Assembly: GCF_032444005.1 (NCBI RefSeq)
Contig: NC_091283.1
Span: 329,592,001 to 329,656,000, forward strand
DNA from: Ranitomeya imitator
Lineage: Eukaryota
Length of the DNA stretch: 64,000 bases
Reading direction: 5' to 3'
A program made the translations under genes and the position numbers. Below are positions 12,190 to 23,771 of this stretch, in pieces; the first letter of the stretch is position 1; every line of letters starts with the position of its first letter. The notes under the pieces are model-generated. The model made no database searches. It saw only the letters and a list, made by a program, of their open reading frames with translations, and was not told the origin of the DNA.

Positions 12190-15100
12190 TTTATTCAGTC
12201 GCCATGACAGCACCACGAGAGAGAGGGGATCCGTCCTTCAGGGACAGGAAACCTACTAACATAAAAGGGCAGCACCTCTCTCCCACATCAGTTGGTTACC
12301 TGTCCCTGACAGGGGAACCTCTTCAGACATGCCTTATGAGGAAGGTCGACGAAACGAAGATAACCCAGTCCTGGCGGGCCGATTCAGGTAGCGGGGGTCC
12401 CTTACCTCGGTCTGTCCAGGACGCCGGAAGCACCACACGGCAGGGGAACTGCTGGTGTCGGTATCAGCAGAGAGGGGCAGCTTTTATCTAAATGCTTGCC
12501 TCTTAAGTGATCCGTCGCCGTCAGGTACCAGGTGAGTATATGGTGTCTTCTGCCGTGGCCGTGCCCGGGGGTCCTCCCGGGGTCTGTCCGCGGCCTGGTG
12601 GTGATGTGTGAGTCGGCCGGGCGGCGCTGGCTTCCTCGACCGCGCGTCGGCACGCTCACTGCTGTCGCGACCGGAAGGGGCGTGTCCGGCTGGTGGCACG
12701 GCCTGATGACGCAGCGGGGCATGCGCAGTGGGACCACACCAACCGATGACGTCCCTATCTCATCCTCGCCGGATCCTGGTACCCGGCGATTATGCGGTGG
12801 GGGGTAAGTTTGCGGATGGGCCTTCGGGGGGGCGGAGGTCTGTTTACGGTCGGTCCGGGGCGCGGCCCTGGGAGAGGCACTCCAACATTTAATTATGGTA
12901 CCGAGCAGATCACCTGGAGCCTGCTGACCCCCATCAGGGTTCGGTACCTTGGAGGTATTTAATAAGGAGTCTGACGACTGCTGAGTGCTTCTGATTCATT
13001 GTAATGATGGAGTCGCTGGAGCAGGGAGCACCACTGCCTGACAAGCAGCAGCAGCAGATTCAGCCCAGTGAGGAGCCTCGAATTATATCCCAGCGGCGAT
13101 CTAGTGGCAGTAGTCTCGCTGGTGGAGGCAAGGATATCCAAAAATCAAGGCAGAGCAAGTCCTCAAGCCGTAAAACATCGCCAGCTAGGACGGACCCCCC
13201 CACACTGATTACGGTACCAATCACTGCACGTTTGGGTAAATGATCTGTGTGAAAGTTCACTTAGTGATTTCCTGTTACTCCTTATATTCCCTCTCTCCTT
13301 GTTAGGCTTTGGCGGAACATTTTTTCCCCTAACATAGGGAGTGCGCCGAATGTGGGGAACCACTCCCAGAAGGCCATGACAGAAAGCTATGTAAACCCTG
13401 CATGCAACGCTTAATTGAGGAAGAAGCCCCTGACCTTACTTCCACTCTAAGGGATATGGTTAGACAGGAAGTTAAAGGTTCTATTAAATCCATGTCCAAG
13501 AAAACGGATGTCAGGAGAAGCAAACATATTAGGTCCCCAATTTCGGATTTGGGGTCGGACTCGGGTGACCTGAGCTCTGATTCCTTTCAGTCATCCTCTT
13601 CATCTATAGAGACCGAGTCCGGTCACTCCTGCTTGCCGCTAGACAGAGTAAACCATCTTGTTAAAGCAGTAAACACAATGGGGATTGAGGAGACCCAGAC
13701 AGAATGCTCCATGCAGGACATTATGTTTAAAGGCCTAGATCGAAAATCCCGAAGGTCTTTTCCGGTGGTGGATAAGATAAATACATTGATTACAAAGGAG
13801 TGGGAAAAACCCGAAAGGAAAGGTTCACTTCCACTGGCATTTAAGAGGAGATATCCATTCGAGGAAGAAGCTTCATCCTCATGGGACAAGGCTCCAAAAC
13901 TAGACGCAGCAGTGGCCAAGGCGTGTAAAAGGACCTCTCTTCCATTTGAAGATCTAGGAAATCTAAAAGATCCACTAGATAGGAAAGCTGACGTTTTCCT
14001 GAAAGGGCCTTGGGAAACATCAGCAGGATCCCTAAGACCAGCAATTGCAGCCACTTGCAAGGCACGGTCATTGATGGTGTGGCTTGACCGCTTAGAGGAT
14101 CAACTCAAGAATAAGGCTCCCAGGAATGAGATCCTATCCTCCCTACCTATAATTCAGGAGGCAGCAGCTTTTCTGTCAGATGCGTCAGCAGATTCTGTTA
14201 AATTAGCTGCCAGATCTTCATCCCTTTGTAACTCAGCCCGTAGAGCTCTATGGATTAAATGTTGGCCAGGAGATTTGCAAGCCAGATCAAAACTGTGTAG
14301 CATTCCATGTGAAGGGGCACATTTATTTGGACCAGTTCTTGATGAACTATTAGAAAAGGCGGGCGATAATAAGAAACGGTTCCCTTACCTCGGAAGACCC
14401 TCTTATTGACGGGATTAAAATAAAGGATGGTTTAGCCGCAGAAGGTCGAATAGAGAAAGAGACCCAGATATGATAATAATAGAAGGAAAGGTAGAGGATA
14501 TATGTTTAATACCTCTCGGGATTATAAAAAACCTCAATGACTGCCGGACCAGGTAGGGGGTAGGCTTTCAGCCTTCTATCCTGCCTGGTTACAAACTTCC
14601 AACAGTCCATGGATTCTCAGTGTTATTGAAACTGGCCTAAAGTTTGAGTTCCAAAGGATTCCTCATGATACATTTACTTTAACACCCATCCGTTCTTCTG
14701 CAGAACAAATGGCACTAGAGTCGGAAGTTCAGGAACTTCACAAAAAAGGGGTTCTGATCAAAGTGCCCGCGGTAGAAAGAGGTAAAGGGTTCTACTCCCC
14801 TCTCTTTCTTGTCAAAAAACCTGACGGATCTTTTCGTACCATCATTAATTTGAAAGGCCTGAATAAATTTTTGCTGGTCCCATCTTTTAAAATGGAATCT
14901 GTAAAGACTGCAATAAAACTTCTCTTTAACAATTGCTTTATGGTTGTCCTAGATCTATTATCACGTCCCGATACACGTAGATCACCAACAGTTTCTTAGG
15001 GTGGCAGTTTCACTAAACTGCTCAGGACAGCACTTACAATATCGTGCACTACCCTTCAGAGTCACGGTTGCACCCCGGGTTTTTACTAAAGTCATGGTAG

Positions 15101-17428
15101 AAGTTATGGCACACCTTCAAGAACAGGACATATTAATAGTTCCCTACCTAGATGACTTATTGATTGTGGGACATTCAGAGTCACATTGCAAAAACCAATT
15201 GGAGAATCTGTGTTACACAAATTGGGATGGATTGTTAATTTCAAAAAATCTCGTCTATAACCTTTAAAAGTTCAGGAGTTTCTGGGTCTTACCATAGACT
15301 CCAGTCGGCAGGAGTGTCGTCTGCCGGATTCAAAAGTGGATGGTATCCAGCGACTAGCGACCAGAATGATTAATAATCCATCAGTCTCTGTAAGAGGGGT
15401 GATGTCACTATTGGGTTCACTCACATCATGTATTCCGGCGGTTCTCTGGGCTCAATATCATACCAGAACACTACAGTGGGAACTTTTACAAAATTCCCTT
15501 CGCCTGAAAGCTCATCTTATCAGTAAATTTTCATTGTCCGTTGAATCTATTCAAATACTACATTGGTGGACACACGTACCAAATTTACGTAGGGGGGTTC
15601 CCTGGACAAATCATATAACTCGGATAATAACTACAGATGCTAGCCCCAGGGGATGGGGGGAGGCACATATGGAAAGTAGTTGGGTATCTAAGCCACAACC
15701 AAGTCAGACAGGGAGATTGGACACTAGACTCATCCATCTTCAATCAGATCATATAATTGTGGGGTTGTCCAGACATAGATCTCTTTTCCAACCGAGGAAA
15801 CAGAAAGCTACATTGATTCTGCTCCTTAAACCCCAGAGACAATCCGTATGCAGTAGATGCTCTTCTAATCCCATGGCACTTCAATCTCGCCTCTGCGTTT
15901 CCCCCTCTGAACTTAATCCCAATAGTTGTGAGGAAAATATGGGAAGACGGAGTCCGAATAATCCTGATAGCCCCGTTCTGGCCCAGAAGGTCCATTTCTC
16001 AGCCATGGATTCTTCCAGAAATATCAAATCTCTCCCAGGGCCCAATCCTCCATCCACGAGTGGCCAATTTACATCTAGCGGCGTGGAATTTGAAAGGTCG
16101 TTACTAAGGGGGAGGGGTTTTTTGCGGGACCTGGTAAATACATTAGTCAAAAGTAGGAAAATCTCTACAACAAACATTTACCTGAGGATTTAGAGAAAAT
16201 TCTTATCAGTTTCAGAAACGCGGATTGATCAGGAACCCTGTATTAACCAAATTTTAGAATTCCTGCAAAATGGATTAGATATGGGCCTAGCCACAAGTAC
16301 GCTTAAGGCCCCTTCACATTTAGCGACGCTGCAGCGATACCGACAACGATCCGAATCGCTGCAGCGTCGCTGTTTGGTCGCTGGAGAGCTGTCACACAGA
16401 CCGCTCTCCAGCGACCAACGATGCCGGTAACCAGGGTAAACATCGGGTAACTAAGCGCAGGGCCGCGCTTAGTAACCCGATGTTTACCCTGGTTACCATG
16501 CTAAAAGTAAAAAAAACCAAACAGTACATACTTACCTACAGCCGTCTGTCCTCCAGCGCTGCGCTCTGCTTCTCTGCTCTCCTCCTGTACTGTCTGGGAG
16601 CCGGAAAGCAGAGCGGTGACGTCACCGCTATGCTTTCCGGCTCACAGCCAGTACAGGAGGAGTGCAGAGCGCAGCGCTGGAGGACAGACAGCTGTAGGTA
16701 AGTATCTAGTGTTTGGTTTTTTTTACTTTTAGCATGGTAACCAGGGTAAACATCGGGTTACTAAGCGCGGCCCCGCGCTTAGTTACCCGATGTTTACCCT
16801 GGTTACCAGTGAAGACATCGCTGGATCGGTGTCACACACGCCGATCCAGCGATGTCAGCAGGGAGTCCAGCGACGAAATAAAGTTCTGGACTTTATTCAG
16901 CGACCAACGATCTCCCAGCAGGGGCCTGATCGTTGGTCGCTGTCACACATAACGATTTCATTAACGATATCGTTGCTACGTCACAAATAGCAACGATATC
17001 GTTAACAATATCGTTATGTGTGAAGGTACCTTTAGGGTTCAAGTATCGGCTCTAGGTGCACTATACAATAGATATTTGGCCAGCAATCATTGGATAGTCA
17101 GATTCTTCAAGGCAGTTACGAGATCTAGACCTATCATTAAACAAAAAGTAGTTCCATGGGACCTAAATCTTGTTCTCTCAGCTTTAACGCAAGCTCTATT
17201 TGAGCCTATTGATGATGCCCCGATTAAAATTCTATCCCTGAAAACAGCTCTCTTAGTTGCGCTTACCTCCGCAAGAAGGATTAGTGATATACAAGCTTTG
17301 TCCAGACAGCCTCCGTACATGCAGTTTAGGGAAGATAGTTATTGTGAGACCTGATCCTCTTTATCTTCCAAAGATAGCCTCAAAATTTCATAGGTTACAA
17401 GAGGTTGTCCTTCCCTCATTTTGTACCT
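12190..17428 (+). mobile_element. DIRS1-type tyrosine-recombinase retrotransposon (DIRS-A), 3'-truncated, in ZNF intron 5
   Basis: Left ITR ttattcagtcgccatgacagcaccacgagagagaggggatcc; ORF1 13004-14409; RT (GFYSPLFLV, YLDDLL); RNase H (ITTDAS); YR (WDLNLVL, KTALLVALTSARRISDIQAL). No ICR or right ITR found after ~17430. Confidence 0.88.
16306..17031. mobile_element. PIF/Harbinger-like MITE inside the DIRS-A YR ORF
   Basis: TIRs aggccccttcaca / tgtgaaggtacct with TTA TSD (16303-16305, 17032-17034). Removal restores STLRVQVSAL. Confidence 0.85.
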
Positions 17429-18501
17429 ACCAACTAATCCCACATAATTATGTGAGAGAAGAAGAGATCCCAAATCATTATTAAAACCAATGTTTATTAA
17501 TAAATATTAAAAATAACATGATGAAAAAGCAAACAATACCGTAGGGGACACCACCATACACAGATATCTATACCTATACATACAATGTGATATATAGTAA
17601 ATATTAGCAAATAACTCCACTGAGAAACAAATCAATCTGGACACAATTCCAAACGGTAATGTCCTCAAAAAGGCAGTTATTCATCACGTAGTCATACTGT
17701 ATAATGTAGTCAGCATATGCAGCCCAAACAATACATTACTAACCTATAAAAAGGTAATCCTAATCGGCACAATGGCCTCTGTTTACATAGGCAAAAAATG
17801 CTGATGAAGGTATGCAACTCGAAACAACCCGCTAGAGTAGACCAGTGTGGAAGCCAAATATCATACAATGTAGTGAAAGGGTATGTTACCTTGTGCTTAT
17901 GGTGTCTCCTCACCCCGACGTACGTTTCGCCTCCTGCTTCTTTCTGCTTTTTTTGCGCCGAAATGTTGATGATTTAAACACATCTGTATTCATATGGGTC
18001 TATTATCCAAAATTGTGGATTTTCTTGTTTCAGCACAACAAAACGTTAGATAAATTTCTACCATTTTGATCTATTGACTTTTTACTCCAGAGCACCCATT
18101 CAACAGTGAGCACCCCGTTTCTTGACTGTAAATGCCAAATACATTGATTCTAAATGTGGTTTGAGCACACTGTAAGACTCAGAAGCGAGGGGGAAATTTG
18201 ACTTTGGGAGAGCGTATTTTGCTGGATTGGTTTATGGAAGCCATGTTGTTTTCAAGAGCCTTTGAGCCACTAACAATGTAGAAACCTCTGTTTTTCCTTT
18301 GACAGATGATGGACCTGAGTGGGGACTTGTTTTTGTAAGATGAGTAGAACTTTTTATTGGTGGTATTTATTTATTTATTTTTTATTCCATATTTGGGAGG
18401 CAGAATGAATGAATAAACAGTTGAACACCACGCTCTACTGGTTCATCCTATGAGGTTTTCTATTAGACTGAGAACTGTCATTTTCTTGGTGAATAATTCA
18501 A

Positions 18502-21500
18502 ATTTCTCTTTCCCCCATGATGGCACCATGAAGAGAGAGGGATCCGCCCTCAGGGACAGGAAACCTACAGGTGGAAAAGACGGTACCTCTCTCCCACATC
18601 AGTTCAGTTTCCTGTCCCTGATGGGGAACGTACAGCATACCTTATTGACTAGTTGTCGTGGGATGCCGGGGGCTCCATCTGACCGATCTAGGCAGCGGGG
18701 AGCCCTGCCTCAGGCATGATGGTCTTCTTCTCTCCCCGAAGTGCCACGGTTCCAGGGTCGGAGGGCCGTGTGCGAGGGGGAGAGGCAGTGAAGCAGGATC
18801 CCGTCTGCCTCTCCCTGTGGATTCCTACAGCCGTTAGTAGGTGGCGGCGGTCACCTGGTGTTACATCGCTGGTCCACCTGTGGCCCAGGAGAGGAGGATG
18901 GAGGTGGCGGCTGCCTGCAGGGAAGCGCCGCTACTAGTTGGGGCATCGGCGGCTGCTTCTGACGCTCCCTCCTGGAGGCCACACGCTGCAGAAGTGAGGC
19001 GCATGCGTTGGCCGCAGGGCATCTCTGGGAAATCCAGAGTGCGCATCCGGTGCTTGGTTTCACTATGAGTGACCAGGAGCAACCGGTAGAGCAAACCCTG
19101 CAGTCCCTCCAAATAAGCACCGGCAGCAACAGCGCCACCACCTGCAGCGGTGACAGAAACAAGGAGATGTCTCTTCTCAGCGTCGCAGTTCGGGATCCCA
19201 GCGCAGCAGAGGCCTCGGTGGATCCGAAAGGCCATCAGCGGTTCGAGTTGTGTCGTCACCTTCATGAAAGTTCATCTTCTAAATAGGGTTTGTTGTGTCT
19301 TCTTAGGGAAAGAAATGTGCAGCAAAATCCAAGCACGGAGTATGCGCAATCTGCTCTATAGAGCTGCCCACTACGTGGGTGAAAATGCTCTGTACTACAT
19401 GTATAGAACATACCATATGTGAAGAGTCCCCGACATTCGCATCTGACTTAAAAGAACTGATCAAAAACCAGGTGGAAGATGCGATTAAAGGTATTAAAAG
19501 TTCAAAAAGAAGCGCAAATCCAGACATAGATCCCCGGAATCGACTACCAGTGAGGAAGATAGCGACTGTTGCAGTAGCTCACTCTCTTCACCCTCATCTT
19601 CTTCGTCCTCGGTGGGGGGGTTGCAATTACTTCCCTATTGAAGAAACTGATGCCTTAGTAAAAGCTGTTAGAACAACAATGGGGCTGGTAGAGTCCCGGC
19701 CCAAAAGAACGGCGCAGGACTTTATGTTTAGCGGACTAGAGCAGAGGAAATGAAGAGCGTTCTTATTAAATGAGAAAATACAATCCCTAATAAAAAAGGA
19801 ATGGAAAAGATCAGACAAAGTCCTCCTGACCCCAAAGAGAAAATACCCCTTTGACGACCCAGTTTGTTCTTTCTGGGGATAAGGCTCCAAAAAATTTGCC
19901 TTGCCTTTTGAGGACATGGGGACCCTGAAAGACCCCCTGGACAAAAAGGCTGAAATATTCTTGAAAGGCGCTTGGGAGACTGCTGGGGAGGGGATTAAAA
20001 CCAATCATAGCTGCCACATGCACCGCCAGAACCCTAATGGTGTGGTTAGACCACTTTGTCACAACTAAAAGATAAATCCCAGAGAGAATCAGTTTTGGAC
20101 TCGGTCTCAATAATGAAAGGAGCAGCTGGGTTCCTATCAGACGCCTCTATAGACTCAGTTAGGTTAGCGGCAAGGGTCGCTTCCATTTCAAACACGGCGA
20201 GAAGGGCTTTATGGCTCAAATGCTGGCCTGACCTACAAACAAAAACCAAACTATGCTCCATTCCCTGCGAAGGAGAACTCTTATTTGGGCCAACCCTAGA
20301 CGACATTCTTGATAAAGCAGGGGATAAGAAAAAAGCTTTCCTGGGGTTTCCCAACCAGTTCTATAGACGGCCCTTTCGGAGTAGGAGATTCATACGTAGA
20401 AAGCCCCCTAATGGTCAAAAGGAGGGATGGGAGGATAAAAGATTTTGAGGGAAAGGGTTCATGTTCAACAAACCCGAAAACAAAAAACCACCCCAATGAA
20501 GGTGGGCCCCAGGTGGGAGGGAGATTGGCCTACTTTGTTCCAGCCTGGGAAAAAATATCAGGGATCTTAAATATAATAAGAACAGGTCTAAAGCTGAAGT
20601 TCCATACTATCGCATCCCGTCACTTTGTCATAACCCCTCAAAGGAAGGTAGAAGCCGAGCAACTATGACTCCAAAAAGAAATGCAGTATCTATTAGCAAA
20701 AAAAGTCCTGCAAGAATTCCCAGACTGGGAGAAAGGCATGGGATTTTACTCCCCTCTATTTTTTCAGATAAAACTGGATGGAACTTACAGGACAATAATA
20801 AATTTGAAAAAACTAAACAAATATCTAGTGACTGAACAATTCAAAACAGAGACAATAAAGACATGCAGATTTTTTTAAGTCGAACACAGCTGCGGCAGGG
20901 GGAGTGGGAACTAAACCAGGATGTATTCAACTACATAGTAGAGCTTTGGGGTTTCACACACATTAGTTGTTAAGAAGTGCCTGATCCATTATCTGTCAGC
21001 CAGGAGGGACTGTAGGGGGGGATAGGTCTCTTTTTGTTTGCTTTTAGGGTCCAAATAAAGGACATAAAGCATCAAAGGCCACACTGGCGAGATGGATATG
21101 AGACACTATCATCCTTTTGTATTCCTTGTGTAATGAAGCCATTCCAGAGGGGGTTAGAGCTTATTCGACCAGATCGGTGGCGACCTCATGGGCAGAGAGA
21201 GCCGGAGCCTCAATTGAGCAGATATGTAGAGCAGCTACTTGGTCTTCTCCCTCTACTCTCTTTAATCATTACCGACTAGATCTGACCTCTTCTTCAGACC
21301 TCACCTTTTGCACAAGGGTTCTGGAGGCCGTGGTTCCCCCCCCACACCCCCCCCAATGTACATTCTATGAAATTCTCTCCGTGGTACCGTCATTGGGGGA
21401 AAGAGAAAATCTTAGTTACTTACCGATAACGGTATTTCTCTGATCCTATGATGGCACCCGTACATTCCCTCCCTTCACGTGTGGGTGCGCACACTAGGAT

Positions 21501-21734
21501 TATTTATTAATGTTTAGTCACGCGGTGCCTCTAAGTCTGAATTAAAATATTTGTTTGGCTTAACCATTTAAGTTCAGCTGAAGTTCTGTTTAATGCTTTG
21601 TAAACCAAATGATGTGAGAGAAAGGTACCGCCTTTTTTACCTGTAGGCTTCCTGTCACTGAGGGCGGATCCCTCTCTCTCCGTGGTGTAGTCATGGGATC
21701 AGAGAAATACAGTTATCGGTATGTAACTACGATT
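18502..21734 (+). mobile_element. DIRS-type element (DIRS-B), internally deleted, with both ITRs and ICR retained
   Basis: Left ITR tttctctttcccccatgatggcacc; ORF1 remnants 19065-20448; RT start (GFYSPLF); YR end (HSTRSVATSW-like); ICR ~21375-21458 complementary to both termini; right ITR ~21635-21734. Confidence 0.9.
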
Positions 21735-21840
21735 GTTTTTACATAACTTGCCATTTTTATTGACAGTTTAAATACAAATATTCAAAAATATTAAGTTTGA
21801 GGATATTTAACTGAAAAATAATTGGTTTTATTTTTTGCAG

Positions 21841-23285
21841 ATGACTGTACCAAGAGATCAGAGGGACAGCTGACATCTTCTTCAATTTTTAAATCAGATA
21901 ATCTTGAGATCCCACACGATGCAATTGAAGTGAATGCAATTACTCCAGATATACCATCATCCCTTCACAGCATCTGTCTGTCATCTGATCCTTTGAAACA
22001 GGTCCTGTCTTCTGATTCATTACCGACTACTAAGGAAAATCAAATTACTAAAATAAGCATTAAAGAAGGAACTGCTCCTAAATCAAAGAAGCCATTTTCA
22101 CCTTCAGAATATGGAAATGGCTTTCCCCTTGAAAAGACTTTTCTTAAACATCAAACAATTCACACAGCTGAGAACAGATTTACTTGTTCCAAGTGTGGGA
22201 AATGTTTTAACCAGAAATCAGATTTTGTTATACACCACAGAACTCACACAGGGGAGAAGCCTTTTTCCTGTTCAGAATGTGGTAAATGTTATAGCCATAA
22301 ATCAGATTTGCGTAAGCACCAGAGAACCCACACAGGGCAGAAGCCTTTTTCCTGTTCCGAATGTGGGAAATGTTTTAACCAGAAATCAGATTTGCGTAAG
22401 CACCAGAGAATTCACACAGGGGAGATGCCTTTTTCCTGTTCCGAATGTGGGAAATGTTTTAACCAGAAATCAGGTTTTGTTATACACCACAGGACTCACA
22501 CAGGGGAGAAGCCTTTTTCCTGTTTAGAATGTGGGAAATGTTTTAACCAGAAATCAGATTTGCATAAGCACCAGAGAATTCACACAGGGGAGATGCCTTT
22601 TTCCTGTTCCGAATGTGGGAAATGTTTTAACCAGAAATCAGGTTTTATTATACACCACAGAACTCACACAGGGGAGAAGCCTTTTTCCTGTTCCGAATGT
22701 GGGAAATGTTTTAACCAGAAATCAGATTTGCGTAAGCACCAGAGAATTCACACAGGGGAGAAGCCTTTTTCCTGTTCCGAATGTGGGAAATGTTTTAACC
22801 AGAAATCAGATTTGCGTAAGCATCAGAGAATTCACACAGGGGAGATGCCTTTTTCCTGTTCCGAATGTGGGAAATGTTTTAACCTGAAAGGTCATCTTGA
22901 TTACCACCAGAGAACCCACACAGGGGAGAAGCCTTTTTCCTGTTCAGATTGTGGGAAATGTTTTAACCTGAAAGGTCATCTTGATTGCCACCAGAGAATT
23001 CACACAGGGGAGAAGCCTTTTTCCTGTTCCGAATGTGGGAAATGTTTTAACCAGAAATCAGATTTGCGTAAGCACCAGAGAACTCACACAGGGGAGAAGC
23101 CTTTTTCCTGTTCAGAATGTGGGAAATGTTTTAACCAGAAAGCTCATCTTGATTACCACCAGAGAACCCACACAGGGGAGAAGCCTTTTTCCTGTTCCGA
23201 ATGTGGGAAATGTTTTAACCAGAAATCAGATTTGCTTAAATGCCAGAGAATTCACTCTGGGGAGAAGCTTTCTTCATGTTCTTAA
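21841..23285 (+). CDS. ZNF gene terminal exon: spacer plus tandem C2H2 array (12 canonical fingers, one His-to-Cys finger, one degenerate N-terminal finger)
   Basis: ttttttgcag|ATGACTGT acceptor; open frame to TAA at 23283-23285; repeated CSECGKCF..H...HTGEKP. The six spliced exons total 2016 nt (671 aa plus stop). Confidence 0.95.
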
Positions 23286-23399
23286 TGTGGGAAATATTTT
23301 AAACTGAAAAGGTATTTTCTTAAATGGGTTGTTATCATGTTTGGCCTTGCTAAAATATCAAAAAAATCATATTCACCTTCCATGTTAGTGCTGTTCCAG

Positions 23400-23690
23400 C
23401 GGTATCAGCAATCATGTTCCTGGGGCTCTATTAGGTTGCTACATAGCACGAGCCCTGTGCCCAATCAGCCCGAGCTTCACTGTCCCTGCCCTGAGACGTA
23501 TTGAACATCAATTGGAAGCCAGGGCTGCGACTTCTCTTTGACTTCCTCTTATTGTTCGATTTTTGTCTGAAGGTGAGAACAGTGAAACCAGCGCCAATTG
23601 GACACAGGGCTCGTTTGACATAATAACCTGAGCCCCCAAAATGCAAGTGCTGACACTGCTGGATCCGTGCCAGCATGGGAGGTTTATACA
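23400..23690. repeat. Degenerate MITE-like inverted-repeat element
   Basis: acgagccctgtgcccaat (~23446) is inverted relative to attggacacagggctcgt (~23597); termini and TSD unresolved. Confidence 0.4.
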
Positions 23691-23771
23691 AGGTTTTTTT
23701 TATTTTAACAGGACTAAAGATGAGGAATTAGAAGTCAAAATCACACACAGAGGAGTAAACATTATCATAAA

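Noticed and set aside
17905-17950. Minus-strand GAAGC-AGGA-GGC-GAAAC-GTAC-GTC resembling a Penelope-type hammerhead ribozyme
   Set aside because: The CTGANGA core reads CAGAAAGA and there is no stem-I partner for the GGGG after the cleavage site; at best a dead remnant.
22111-23307. Alternative-frame ORFs (VGNVLTRNQ... repeats) over the finger exon
   Set aside because: Shadow frames of the 84-bp finger repeat; no independent coding evidence.
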